The translations under genes were made by a program, and so were the position numbers. A stretch of DNA of 64,000 nucleotides from Dehalococcoidia bacterium (lineage in GTDB: Bacteria > Chloroflexota > Dehalococcoidia > Bin125): contig OZ253504.1 of NCBI GenBank assembly GCA_965262235.1, positions 3,361,684-3,425,683 of the forward strand, written 5' to 3'. Shown piece after piece: positions 45,710-55,871 of this stretch. The notes beneath the pieces are model-generated. The model saw nothing but the letters and a program-made list of their open reading frames with translations. It was not told the DNA's origin and searched no databases. How positions within the stretch are numbered: the stretch's first letter is position 1; each line of letters opens with the position of its first letter.

Positions 45710-47602
45710 ATGCAAGAGCGAAACTACTGGAGTCGAATGCGGCGACAGCGACTCTCACGCCGCACCCTGCTGGGCGCCTCCGCACGCGTCGGCGTCGGCG
45801 CCGCCGGGCTCGCCCTGGTCGGCTGTGGTGACGACGACGACGACGGCCAGCAGGCCGCCGCCCAGGTTCAGCAGGCCCGCCAACAGTCCGCCGCCGAGCA
45901 GCCGTCCGCCGCCGAGCAACAGGCCCAGCAGGCCAGTCAGCAGGCGGGATCCACGCCAGCGCAGGACCAGGACTCGCCGGCAGCCGTCGCGGACGCCGGC
46001 GGGATCAAGACGGGCGGCATCTGGGACACCACCTACGTCGGTCTGTCCTCGGCCAACCCGCCGACGCTCGACCCGATGGCGAACCTGAGCTACCTGTCGC
46101 AGATTCCCTCCGGCTATCACTACAGCCGGCTGCTCAAGTACATCCGCGGCGACGAGGGCGTCGATCCGCTCAACTACGGCGAGTACGAAGGCGACGCGTC
46201 CTCGAGCTTGCCCGAGATCCCCGACGCGACGACTTACATCTACACGATCCGCGAGGGCATGACCTGGCACGACGTCGACCCGATGAACGGTCGCGACCTG
46301 ACCGTGGACGACGTGCTCTACACGCAGGACCGCTTCCTCTCGCTGGCCGACTCGAACGGCAACGCGCAGTCCTGGTCGGGCGTCGTCAGCTCCTTCGAGG
46401 GCGTTGAGGACCGGCAGATCAAGATCGGCCTGCACCGCCCCTACGCGCCCTTCCTGAACTTCTCTGCGTCGCCCTCACACCTCTGGATCATCCCCCGTGA
46501 GATCGTCGAGGACGGCACGGTCGAGTCGCGCCCGGTCGGCTCCGGCCCCTGGATCTTCGACACCTATGAGCCGGACGTGCGGCTGGTCTGGAAGCGCAAC
46601 CCCAACTGGTACGAGCCGGAGTGGAACGGCGCCAAGCCACCGTTCGCGGACGGCATCCAGGCCTCGCTGATCAACGACCCCAACGTGATCATCCCCAACC
46701 TGGCTTCGGGAGCCATCGATCTCTCGCTGCTGGACCCCTCGATCTACGGTCGGCTGACCGAGGAAGTGCCCGACGCCACCTACCGCTTCAACCAGAGCAC
46801 GGTGCCCAACGGCTTCGGCTTCAACTTCTCGATCGAGCCCTGGAACGACATCCGGATGCGCCAGGCGCTGTCGCTGTCGCTGGACCGCCAGGCGATCCTC
46901 GAGGCGGTCGACGACACCAAGCAGGGCGCCTGGCAGACGGCGCTCTCGCCGCTCGCCCCGTTCTATCTCGATCCGCGCGACAAGGAAGGGTTCGGCGAAA
47001 ACGTCGAGTACTTCCACCGCGACCTGCAGCGGGCTCACGAGCTGATGGACGCCGCCGGCTACCCGGACGGCATCGATGTCGTGGTGCACGGCAACTCCGA
47101 CCGCTACGGACCGGCCTGGGTCAACTACATGGAAACCGTGATGGTCTCCGCGGCCGAACTCGGGATTCGCTACTCCTTCCAGTTCACCGAGTACGCCGCC
47201 TACATCGCGACCGCCTTCCGCGGCGACTTCGACGAGGGCATCTTGCTCGGACCGTTCATCGTCCCGGTCGAGCCCGACGACATCCTGTTCACCGTCTACC
47301 ACCCCGACAGCGGGCGTCACAACTGGGGCGCCGGCCCCGGCGACCCGGCCTCCGACCCGACCTTCGTCGCGATGCTCGACGCGCAGCGCGCCGAGGTTGA
47401 CGCGGAGGCGCGGCTCAACCTGATCCACGACATCCAGCGCTACATGGCCGAGAAGATGTACATCATCCCGACGCCGCGCGGCGCCAGCGTCTACGGCTTC
47501 AACCCCAACGTGCGGCACTTCGACAACGAGGTGCCCTGGCACAAGGGCGGTTACGCCTGGGGCACCGAGTTCATGCCGTACATCTGGGACGCCGACGCCT
47601 AG
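45710..47602 (+). CDS. ABC transporter substrate-binding protein, family 5 (peptide/nickel, DppA/OppA-like), a Tat-signal lipoprotein.
   Basis: Twin-arginine SRRTLLGASA, lipobox LALVGCG, Gln-rich linker, then a family-5 SBP domain. Confidence 0.8.
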   Translation: MQERNYWSRMRRQRLSRRTLLGASARVGVGAAGLALVGCGDDDDDGQQAAAQVQQARQQSAAEQPSAAEQQAQQASQQAGSTPAQDQDSPAAVADAGGIKTGGIWDTTYVGLSSANPPTLDPMANLSYLSQIPSGYHYSRLLKYIRGDEGVDPLNYGEYEGDASSSLPEIPDATTYIYTIREGMTWHDVDPMNGRDLTVDDVLYTQDRFLSLADSNGNAQSWSGVVSSFEGVEDRQIKIGLHRPYAPFLNFSASPSHLWIIPREIVEDGTVESRPVGSGPWIFDTYEPDVRLVWKRNPNWYEPEWNGAKPPFADGIQASLINDPNVIIPNLASGAIDLSLLDPSIYGRLTEEVPDATYRFNQSTVPNGFGFNFSIEPWNDIRMRQALSLSLDRQAILEAVDDTKQGAWQTALSPLAPFYLDPRDKEGFGENVEYFHRDLQRAHELMDAAGYPDGIDVVVHGNSDRYGPAWVNYMETVMVSAAELGIRYSFQFTEYAAYIATAFRGDFDEGILLGPFIVPVEPDDILFTVYHPDSGRHNWGAGPGDPASDPTFVAMLDAQRAEVDAEARLNLIHDIQRYMAEKMYIIPTPRGASVYGFNPNVRHFDNEVPWHKGGYAWGTEFMPYIWDADA

Positions 47603-47711
47603 TCGCCGATCTCGTTCGCTCGCGATCCGATCAAGCGGGGCGGTCGTCTGCGCGGACGACCGCTTCGCTCGCTCAGCGCGACGCCGGTGCAGAAATTCGG
47701 ACGGTTGAGCC

Positions 47712-48677
47712 ATGCGCGAGTACGCCATCCGCCGCCTGCTGCTGGTGGTACCGACGATCATCGGCATCACGATCGTGGTCGTGGGACTCGTCCGGCTGTT
47801 GCCAGGCGACGCCGTTGACGCGTTCGCCGACGAGTACCGCGGCACGGAAGAGGAGATCGAGGAGGTCAAGGCCAACCTGCGCGCGCAGCTGGGGCTCGAC
47901 CGCAGCTTCCCCGAACAATGGGCGGCCTGGTTCTGGTCACTGCTGCAGGGCGACCTCGGCTACTCATTCCACGGGCGCGAACGGACCGTCTGGCGGGATA
48001 TCCGTGAACGCATCCCGGTGACCTTCGAGCTCGGCGTGCTCGCGATGATCGTCGGTCTCGTGATCGCGATGCCGGTCGGGATCTACTCCGCCGTGCGCCA
48101 GGACACGACCGGCGACTACGTGGCGCGCGGCATCTCGATCCTGTTCCTCGCGGTGCCGTCCTTCTGGCTGGCGATCCTGATGATCTCGATCGTCTTTCCC
48201 CGCCTGGGCTTACCACCGTTACCGATCGTCTATCGCTCACCGACCGAGGATCTGCTCGAGAACCTGCGCCAGATGTACGTCCCGGCGATCGTCCTCGGCC
48301 TCTCCCTGGCCGGTCCCGTGATGCGGCTGACGCGCGCGCAGATGCTCGAGGTGCTGCGCCAGGACTACATCCGCACCGCGCGCGCCAAGGGTCTGCGTGA
48401 AGGCGTCGTGATCAACGGGCACGCCCTGCGCAACGCCTTGATCCCGGTCATCACGCTGGTCGGACTACAGGTCGGCGTCGTGATCGGCGGCTCCGTGATC
48501 ATGGAGACGATCTTCGTGCTGCCCGGCATGGGCAAGCGCATGCTCACGGCGCTCGGCGCGCGCGACACGCCCGTCGTGCTCGGGATCATGTTCGTGATCG
48601 CCACCGTCGTCGTGCTCGCCAACCTGCTCGTCGACATGACCTACTCGGTCGTCGATCCGCGCATCCGCTACCAGTAG
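47712..48677 (+). CDS. ABC transporter permease (DppB/OppB-like).
   Basis: Six TM helices with an EAA loop ...YIRTARAKGLREGVVINGHALRNALIP.... Confidence 0.85.
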   Translation: MREYAIRRLLLVVPTIIGITIVVVGLVRLLPGDAVDAFADEYRGTEEEIEEVKANLRAQLGLDRSFPEQWAAWFWSLLQGDLGYSFHGRERTVWRDIRERIPVTFELGVLAMIVGLVIAMPVGIYSAVRQDTTGDYVARGISILFLAVPSFWLAILMISIVFPRLGLPPLPIVYRSPTEDLLENLRQMYVPAIVLGLSLAGPVMRLTRAQMLEVLRQDYIRTARAKGLREGVVINGHALRNALIPVITLVGLQVGVVIGGSVIMETIFVLPGMGKRMLTALGARDTPVVLGIMFVIATVVVLANLLVDMTYSVVDPRIRYQ

Positions 48678-48691
48678 AAACCGAGTAGCCG

Positions 48692-50173
48692 ATGAGCCAG
48701 CCACCCGAGGTCAGCCCGGTCGCGCCACGCCGCCGCGTCTCAATCTCCCCACGAGATCTCTGGGAGCAGCTGGTTGATCGCTCACTCTCGAGTCCGCTCG
48801 GATTCGTCACCGGCGTCGCCTTCGGCATCTTCGCCGCCACGATCGGCTTCTTGATCGCCACGCTGATCATGCCCGTCTGGCTCTGGCGCCGGCGCAAGAT
48901 CATGGGCGTGGTCGGCGCGCTGATCCTGCTCGTCTCGGTCCTCGTCGCGATGCTGGCCCCGCTGATCCAGCCGACCGATGTCTCGAACTTCCCCAATCCG
49001 GCCTATCTCAAGGGCTCGCTCGCCGCCGAGGACCGCTTCAATCCGCCGTCGGTTGATCACGTCTTCGGCACCGATCGCAAGGGCCAGGATGTTGTCACGC
49101 GGATCATCTACGGCTCCGAGGTGACCGTGCTGGTCGGCCTCGGGACGGTCATTCTGACTGCGATCATGGCGACCACGCTGGGCATCATCTCCGGCTTCTT
49201 CGCCGGTGAATCGATCGCGATCACAGTTGCCGTGCCGCGCCGTCTGGCGCTGCTCAACGCGCCCTCGGCGTCGCTCGCGGCGCGCGCGCTGGGCCTGCCG
49301 CTGAGCCTGCTCTTCATCGCCGCGTCCGCCGGGTTCGGGCTGATCGTGCGTGCGATCGATCTCGTGATCCTCGCGATCGCGGAGCTCGTGGCGCTGCCGA
49401 TGCAGATCGCGGCGTTCTTCACGCGCCTGGCCGGCCGGCGGACATCGCATCTGGACGAGACCGCGAGCGGGCTGCTGCAGACGGCCGGGGCGCCGCTGGC
49501 GCGCTCGCTGGAGCTGCGCACCGGCGCGCTGCCGCGGATCAAGATCCCCGTGCCCAACATCGATATCGCGCTGCAGCGCGTGATCGATGTCTGGATCGCG
49601 TTCCCGGCGATCTTCCTGATCCTCGCGATCGTGGCGATCCTCGGCTCCGGCGGCGACGGCCTGTTCGGGCTCGGGCGCGGGCCCAACTGGGGCCCGCAGG
49701 CGACCAACTCGTCGGAGTGGTTGTGGGAGGTCTTCCCGCGCACCACCGTGGTCATCGTCACGCTCGCCGTGGTGCTGGCGGCCGGCAACACACGCGTGAT
49801 TCGCGGCGCCGTGCTGGCGATCAAGGCCGAGCAGTACGTCGACGCGGCGCGCTCACTGGGCGCGCCGAACACCCGGATCATGGCCGCCCACATCCTGCCC
49901 AACGTGGTCCCGGTCGTGATCATCCTGGCCTCGCTCAACCTCGGCATCGCGGTCCTGGCCGAGGCGGCGATCTCCTTCCTCGGCTACGGCGTGGCCCCGC
50001 CCTACCCGACCTGGGGGCGCGACCTCGGCGGCCTGACGCTGGTCGACGCCCCGCAGGCCTGGTGGATCGCCGTCTTCCCCGGCTTCGCGATCACGATCGC
50101 CGTGTTCGGCTTCAACATGATGGGCGACGCCCTGCGCGACATCCTCGACCCGCGCCTACGCGGCACCCAATAG
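48692..50173 (+). CDS. ABC transporter permease (DppC/OppC-like) with a long internal insertion.
   Basis: C-terminal ...YVDAARSLGAPNTRIMAAHILPNVVPVVII... EAA region. 493 aa versus ~300 aa typical. Confidence 0.8.
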   Translation: MSQPPEVSPVAPRRRVSISPRDLWEQLVDRSLSSPLGFVTGVAFGIFAATIGFLIATLIMPVWLWRRRKIMGVVGALILLVSVLVAMLAPLIQPTDVSNFPNPAYLKGSLAAEDRFNPPSVDHVFGTDRKGQDVVTRIIYGSEVTVLVGLGTVILTAIMATTLGIISGFFAGESIAITVAVPRRLALLNAPSASLAARALGLPLSLLFIAASAGFGLIVRAIDLVILAIAELVALPMQIAAFFTRLAGRRTSHLDETASGLLQTAGAPLARSLELRTGALPRIKIPVPNIDIALQRVIDVWIAFPAIFLILAIVAILGSGGDGLFGLGRGPNWGPQATNSSEWLWEVFPRTTVVIVTLAVVLAAGNTRVIRGAVLAIKAEQYVDAARSLGAPNTRIMAAHILPNVVPVVIILASLNLGIAVLAEAAISFLGYGVAPPYPTWGRDLGGLTLVDAPQAWWIAVFPGFAITIAVFGFNMMGDALRDILDPRLRGTQ

Positions 50174-50229
50174 CGCCGCCACGCCACGCCGCAGGCCGCG
50201 CGATCCCCCGCCCGGGCGGTCGCGGCTGA

Positions 50230-50500
50230 CTGCCGCCGCGCGCAATGCTCAGGATCACTCTCCCCCCGCTCGGCGGGGGGAGATGCCGCAGGCAGAGGGG
50301 GGCTCCCGCGCGTGACGCCGGCTGACCGCGACCCACTCCCCCTCTGCCTTCGGCATCTCCCCCTCAGGGGGCGATATTGGGAGGGGATTGGATCTCGCGG
50401 GCCGCGTTGAGTCGCAGGCGCGGGGAGCCCCCCTCTGTCACTCCGTGACATCTCCCCCCGCTTTGCGGGGGGAGAGTGGATTGCACAGGGCGGCGGAGGG
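50230..50500. repeat. Cluster of palindromic repeat elements.
   Basis: CACTCTCCCCCCGCTCGGCGGGGGGAGATGCCGCAGGCAGAGGGGGGCTCCC ... CTGTCACTCCGTGACATCTCCCCCCGCTTTGCGGGGGGAGAGTGG. Confidence 0.75.
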
Positions 50501-50526
50501 GCGGTCCGACTCGTTCAGCGCTGCGG

Positions 50527-52569
50527 CTAGCTGCGGCCGAACTCGCGGAGCAGATCCGCGGCGGCGATCTCGACCAGCGTGGGGCGTCCGTGCGGGCACG
50601 AATGCGGGTCCGCGCAGGCCTCCAGCTGGCGCAGCAGCGCGACCATCGCCGGCGCGTCGAGTACGACCCCGCGGCGCACCGAGCCGTGACAGGCGACCGA
50701 GGCCGCGACCCGATCGAAGCGCTGCTCGGTGGCGCGCCGCGTGTCGCCGCCCAGCTCGGCCAGCACGTCGCGCAGCCAGCGCTCGGCGCCGGCGGCCGTC
50801 AGCTCGCCGCTCGGCGCCCCGTGCGCCTCGCTGAGCCCCGGCCCGGCCGGGACCGCGCGCAGCCGCAGCGCGCGCTCGCCCCACTCGTCCAGCTCGAAGC
50901 CCAGAGCGGCCAGCTGCTCGGCCGCCTGCGACCAGACCGCCGACTCGGCCGCGTCGAGCGCCACGACCGGCGGATCGAGCAGCGGCTGGCGGGCGCCTTG
51001 GTCCGCTGCGCCCGGGCGCCCGGCCACGGAGCGCGCCGCGAGCAGCCGTTCGTAGACGACCCGCTCGTGCGCCGCGTGCTGGTCGACCAGCACCAGCCCC
51101 TGCTCGCCCTCGGCGATCACGAACGTGCGGTGCAGCTGGCCAACCATCCGCAGCGGCGCCAGTCCGCGCCGCCGCGAGCGCGAAACCGAGCCCGGCAGCG
51201 GCTCAGCCGCGCCGGTCGGCGGGGAACCGGTCGTCGGTCCGGATGCCGCGCCGGGCAGCACGGTTCGCACCTCGTCTGGCATTACGTCTGTCATCGCGTC
51301 CGGCGCTGTGGGCGGGGACGCCGCTGCGGCGCGCGGCAGCGCGCGGCGCGGATCCGCGGCCGCCGCGGCGGGCCGCGCGCCGGCGCTCTCGATCCGACCC
51401 TGCAGCGCGCCCGCGTCCGGTGCGATCGGGCCATCCGCGATCCCGCTGTCCGCCTGCGGCGCCCACTCGAGGTCCCGGTCGGGCCGGCGCAGCCGCAGCG
51501 TCGAGCTCGAGGCCTGTCCGGCCAGGGCGGCGCGCAGCGCGCGCTGCAGCAGACTGAACGCGCGCGCCGGCTCGCGCAGCTGCACCTCGGCCTTGGTCGG
51601 ATGCACGTTGACGTCGACCTGGTCGGGCGGCACGCTCAGCCGCGCCACGACCAGCGGGAAGCGGCCGGCCGGCAGCCAGCCGCGATAGGCCTCCTGCAGC
51701 GCCCAGGCCAGACTGCGGTCGCGCACCGGGCGTCCGTTGACGAACAGCCGCAGTCCCTCGCGTCCGCGCCGGCCGTCGCGCGGCGCCCCGGCCAGACCCT
51801 CCACGCGCAGCTCCGCGTCCTCGCCCGCCCACCAGATCGCCCGCTCGGCCGGCTCGGCGCCGAAGACCGACGCCCAGGCCTCGCGCAGCGCTGACTCAGC
51901 GCCGCCGCCGTCGCCGCCGTTCTCGCCCGCTGCGGGGTCGTGACGCAGCGTGACGCGGCCCTCCAGCTCGAGCCGCAGGCCCACGTCGGGACGCGCCAGC
52001 ACGGCGTCGGCCGCGACCCGCGTCAGCGCCGCCCGCTCCGAGCGCGGGCCGGGCAGAAACGAGCGGCGCGCCGGCTGCTGCGCGAACAGCTCCCAGAGCT
52101 CGACGCTGGTGCCGGGGCCGCGCGCGCAGCGCTCCAGGCCCTGTAGCCGTCCACCCGCGTAGCTGATCTGCGCCCCGACCGGCTGCTCGGCCGTCCGCGA
52201 GCTGGCCAGCAGCCTTCCCGCCGCGGCCGCGATCGCGGCCAGCGCCTCGCCGCGGAAGCCGTAGCCGTCGAGCGCCCAGAGCTGTTCGGCGCGCGACAGC
52301 TTGGAGGTCGCGTGGCGCCGGAAGGCCAGCTCCAGCTCCGCCGCGCGGATCCCCGCGCCGTCGTCGCGCACCGCCAAGCGTTCCAGCCCGGCCCCTTCGA
52401 GCTCGATCGTGATCCGCCGCGCGCCGCCGTCGAGCGCGTTCTCGAGCAGCTCCTTGAGCGCCGCGGCGGGCCGCTCGACGACCTCGCCGGCGGCGATCTG
52501 GCCCGCCACCGCGGCCGACAGCTCACGGATCCGGGCCGGCGCGTCGGCTGGCTGTTGCAGCGTGGTCAT
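50527..52569 (-). CDS. mutL: DNA mismatch repair protein MutL.
   Basis: GHKL ATPase motifs ...AAGEVVERPAAALKELLENALDGGARRITIEL...DDGAGI.... The start is taken at the ATG giving MTTLQQ. Confidence 0.85.
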   Translation of the reverse strand: MTTLQQPADAPARIRELSAAVAGQIAAGEVVERPAAALKELLENALDGGARRITIELEGAGLERLAVRDDGAGIRAAELELAFRRHATSKLSRAEQLWALDGYGFRGEALAAIAAAAGRLLASSRTAEQPVGAQISYAGGRLQGLERCARGPGTSVELWELFAQQPARRSFLPGPRSERAALTRVAADAVLARPDVGLRLELEGRVTLRHDPAAGENGGDGGGAESALREAWASVFGAEPAERAIWWAGEDAELRVEGLAGAPRDGRRGREGLRLFVNGRPVRDRSLAWALQEAYRGWLPAGRFPLVVARLSVPPDQVDVNVHPTKAEVQLREPARAFSLLQRALRAALAGQASSSTLRLRRPDRDLEWAPQADSGIADGPIAPDAGALQGRIESAGARPAAAAADPRRALPRAAAASPPTAPDAMTDVMPDEVRTVLPGAASGPTTGSPPTGAAEPLPGSVSRSRRRGLAPLRMVGQLHRTFVIAEGEQGLVLVDQHAAHERVVYERLLAARSVAGRPGAADQGARQPLLDPPVVALDAAESAVWSQAAEQLAALGFELDEWGERALRLRAVPAGPGLSEAHGAPSGELTAAGAERWLRDVLAELGGDTRRATEQRFDRVAASVACHGSVRRGVVLDAPAMVALLRQLEACADPHSCPHGRPTLVEIAAADLLREFGRS

Positions 52570-52573
52570 CGGC

Positions 52574-55500
52574 TCAGCCGCCCGCCGCCAGCCAGCTGAG
52601 CTCCTGCTGCGCCGCCGCCGGCGCGCCCGGCTGCATGCTCGGCTGCCCAATCTGTTGCACAATCGGCTGCATGGCGGGTCGCGGCGCGTCGCCGGCCAGG
52701 CGCGCCTGTTCACGCAGCGCGTAGAGCGCCGAGATCGCTTCCAGCGGGGTCAGCCCGTCGACATCGAGCGCGGCCAGCTCGTCCAGCAGCGCGGCGCCCG
52801 CCGCCCAGTCCTGATCCGCCGCTGCGCGCGCCGGCGGCGGGGCCAGCTCGAACAACGCCTCGGCGCCCGCCGCGCCCGACTCCAGCGCGGCCAGCAGCTC
52901 GGCGGCGCGCTCCAGCACGGGCCGCGGCAGACCGGCGATCGCGGCGACCTGCACGCCCCACGAGCGGTCCGCCGCGCCCGCCGCGACGCGGTGCAAAAAC
53001 CTGAGCCCGCCGCGGCCGTCCTCCTCGGCCGTGACCGCGGCGTTGGCGACCCGTTCGAGCGAGCCGGCCAGCGCGGTCAGCTCCTGGAAGTGCGTCGCGA
53101 ACAGCGTGCGCGGGCCGCTGCGGCCGGCCACGAGCCGCTCGGCGACCGCCTGCGCGATCGCCAGGCCGTCCCAGGTGCTGGTCCCGCGCCCGACCTCGTC
53201 GAGCAGCACCAACGAACGCTCGCCGGCGCCGTGCAGCAGCCGCGCCGTCTCCAGCATCTCGACCAGGAAGGTCGAGCGGCCCGCGGCGAGGTCGTCCTGC
53301 GCGCCGACCCGCGCGAAGATGCGGTCGACCAGACCGATCCGCGCCGCCGCCGCGGGCACGAAGCAGCCGGCCTGGGCGAGGATCACGATCAGCGCCGCCT
53401 GGCGCAGGTAGGTGCTCTTGCCCGACATGTTCGGCCCGGTCAGCAGCAGCAGCTGCGGCGCGCCGGCGCCGCCCGCGTCGAGCTCGAGGTCGTTGGCCAC
53501 GAACGCGGCCGGATCGCCGCCGGCCTCGACGATCGGATGCCGGCCGGCCTCGATCCGCAGGCCCAGCCCGGCGTCCAGCCGCGGCCGCCGCCAGTCGCGC
53601 TCGGCCGCCAGCTCGGCCAGCGCGGCCGCCGCGTCAAGCCGCGCCAGCGCCCCGGCGCAGCCCCGAATCGCTGCAGCCTCGGCGGACAGCGCAAGGGCCA
53701 GGCGCTCCACGCAGCCGCGCTCGGCCGCGCTCAGCTCGCGCTCGGCGTCGGCCAGTTCGTCGGCCAGGGCGCGCAGCCGCGGCTCCGAGAAGCGCTCAGA
53801 GGCGCGCAGACTCTGGCGCCGCTCCCAGCCGGCCGGCACGGCGTCGGGCTGGCCGGGCTGGGCCAGCTTGCCCAGCTGACCGCGCGTGACCTCGATGTAG
53901 TAGCCCCAGCTGCGGTGATAGCCCAGCTTCAGCGCGGCCAGCCCGCTCTCGGCGCGCAGCGTCGTCTCCAGCACGGCCAGCCGCGCGCGGCCGGCCGTGC
54001 GCCGCGCCGCGGCGGCGTCAACCGCCGCGTCGACCCCGGCGCGCAGCACGCCGCCGCCGTAGGCCGCTTCGGGCTGCTCGAGCAGCGCCGCGGCCAGCCT
54101 GTGCGCCGCCGCCGGCGCCGGCCCCAGCCGCTGCGCCAGCGCCGCCAGGGCCTCCACTGGCCCCGAGGCCGCCACATTCCCCGAGGCAGAATGTCCGCCT
54201 CCTTCGCCCGCCTCGCCCGCTGCGCCTACATCGGCGCGGATCCGCTCGGCCAGCGCTGCGGCCGCGAGCAGACCGCGGGCCAGCGCCGCCAGCTCGGCGG
54301 GCCGCGCCAGACCGGCGGCCAGCCGCGCCAGCAGCCGCTCGAGGTCGGGCGCCTCGCGCGCGGCCGCGCGGACCGCGCGGCGCAGCGCAGCGCGTTCGCG
54401 CAGCGCCGCGATCCGGTCCAGCCGGGTCTCGATCCGTCGCTGATCGAGCAGCGGGGCCAGCAGCGCGGCGCGCAGCCAGCGCCGGCCCGCCGCGCTGCCG
54501 CAGCGGTCGAGCGTCTGCAGCAGCGTGCGCGGCGCGTCCGACCCGCGGCCGGCGCCGCCCGGCGCGTCGTCGACGATCGCCAGCGCGCGCTGCGTCGCCG
54601 CGTCCCACTGCAGCCGCGCGCCCGGCTCCAGCAGCCGCGGCGGCGCCAGATGCGCCAGCCGGTCCACCGTCCGACCCTCGCCCGCCGCTGGACCGCCTGC
54701 TTCATCGTCTGTCCCACCGTCTACTGCGCCCTCCGCGTCCGCGGGCAGCGCCGCCGCGGCCAGCTCCAACACGCCGCCCAGCGCCGCCAGCGCGGCCGGG
54801 CGCTCCTCCAGACCGAGCGCCGCGGCCGGTTCGCGGCCCAGCTCGCCGCCCCAGCGCGCCGCCAGCGCGCGGCGCGCCTGCGCGGCGCCGAAGCCGCGCG
54901 CCTGCAGCCCGGCCTGCCCGTCGCGCCGATCCTGCCCCGTGCGCCGCAGTGGCAGCCCATCCAGCTCGGCGCCGACCAGCTTCCAGCGCTGCTCGCCGAG
55001 GCCGGGACCGAGCAGCAGTTCGCGCACGCCCAGCCGGGCCAGCTCGGCGGCCAGCGGCGCGGCCAGCTCGGGCAGCGCCGCGGCGCGCAGCTCCAGCGCG
55101 TGACAGGCGCCGGTGCTGAGGTCCAGCGCGGCCAGACCGAGCAGCCACGCGCCGCCGCCCGGGGCGCCGCGGCCGGGGGCGCCGCCGCCGCGGGCGGGCT
55201 CGCGCTGCAGCGTCAACGCCGCGCAGGCCGAGGGCTCGCCGGCCTCCAGCAGCGCCGGCTCCAGCGCGGTGCCCGGTGAGAGCACGCGCACCACGCCGCG
55301 CCGCACCAGCCCGCGCGCGGCGCGCGGATCCTCGAGCTGCTCGCAGATCGCGACCCGGTGACCGCGCGCGACCAGCCGCGCCAGGTGCGATTCGACGTGC
55401 GCGACCGGCACCCCGGCCAAGGGCGCGCGCAGGCCGCCGCCCATCGGCTTCGAGGTCAGCGTGATGCCCAGCTCGGCGGCCACGAGCTTGGCGTCGTCAT

Positions 55501-55606
55501 CGAACGTCTCGTAGAAATCGCCCAGCCGAAAAAACAGGATCGCGTCGGGCTGACGCGCCTTCTGCTCCAGATACTGGCGCCGCATCGGGGTGGTCACGCC
55601 GCCCAC
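52574..55606 (-). CDS. mutS: DNA mismatch repair protein MutS (1010 aa, with low-complexity insertions).
   Basis: N-terminal ...PMRRQYLEQKARQPDAILFFRLGDFYETFDDDA and C-terminal Walker A ...LLLLTGPNMSGKSTYLRQ...LLDEVGRGTST.... Confidence 0.85.
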   Translation of the reverse strand: MGGVTTPMRRQYLEQKARQPDAILFFRLGDFYETFDDDAKLVAAELGITLTSKPMGGGLRAPLAGVPVAHVESHLARLVARGHRVAICEQLEDPRAARGLVRRGVVRVLSPGTALEPALLEAGEPSACAALTLQREPARGGGAPGRGAPGGGAWLLGLAALDLSTGACHALELRAAALPELAAPLAAELARLGVRELLLGPGLGEQRWKLVGAELDGLPLRRTGQDRRDGQAGLQARGFGAAQARRALAARWGGELGREPAAALGLEERPAALAALGGVLELAAAALPADAEGAVDGGTDDEAGGPAAGEGRTVDRLAHLAPPRLLEPGARLQWDAATQRALAIVDDAPGGAGRGSDAPRTLLQTLDRCGSAAGRRWLRAALLAPLLDQRRIETRLDRIAALRERAALRRAVRAAAREAPDLERLLARLAAGLARPAELAALARGLLAAAALAERIRADVGAAGEAGEGGGHSASGNVAASGPVEALAALAQRLGPAPAAAHRLAAALLEQPEAAYGGGVLRAGVDAAVDAAAARRTAGRARLAVLETTLRAESGLAALKLGYHRSWGYYIEVTRGQLGKLAQPGQPDAVPAGWERRQSLRASERFSEPRLRALADELADAERELSAAERGCVERLALALSAEAAAIRGCAGALARLDAAAALAELAAERDWRRPRLDAGLGLRIEAGRHPIVEAGGDPAAFVANDLELDAGGAGAPQLLLLTGPNMSGKSTYLRQAALIVILAQAGCFVPAAAARIGLVDRIFARVGAQDDLAAGRSTFLVEMLETARLLHGAGERSLVLLDEVGRGTSTWDGLAIAQAVAERLVAGRSGPRTLFATHFQELTALAGSLERVANAAVTAEEDGRGGLRFLHRVAAGAADRSWGVQVAAIAGLPRPVLERAAELLAALESGAAGAEALFELAPPPARAAADQDWAAGAALLDELAALDVDGLTPLEAISALYALREQARLAGDAPRPAMQPIVQQIGQPSMQPGAPAAAQQELSWLAAGG

Positions 55607-55625
55607 CTCTCCAACATCCGCTCCG

Positions 55626-55643
55626 TAGCCTACACGGTACCGT
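55626..55643. promoter_or_regulatory. Perfect 18-bp palindrome immediately upstream of mutS; candidate operator.
   Basis: CTACACGGTACCGTGTAG at 55626-55643, 20 bp upstream of the mutS start on the opposite coordinate side. Function unknown. Confidence 0.3.
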
Positions 55644-55871
55644 GTAGCGCAACGCTCCGCCCGTCGTCAGGCGCACAGACAGGTTATCAATTGACCCAAC
55701 CGGCTTCCGGGTCCCGCGCCGCTCCGTTCCGTCGAGCCGCGCGCTCCGATCCGCCCAGCGCCGCCGGTCGCGGGCAGGCCGCGGATGTGCGACGACCCGG
55801 CCCTGAAGTCGGCGGGCGCGAATCCGGTGGAGCGCTGCTCGGAAAGGACTGTCAGACGCGCAGCGGTCCGG

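Noticed and set aside
45700-50173. Possible truncated peptide ABC operon, since SBP-permease-permease has no ATPase genes before the repeat cluster.
   Set aside because: ATPase subunits are frequently encoded elsewhere or shared. There is no remnant ATPase sequence in 50174-50526. It is noted only as context, not as a pseudogene call.
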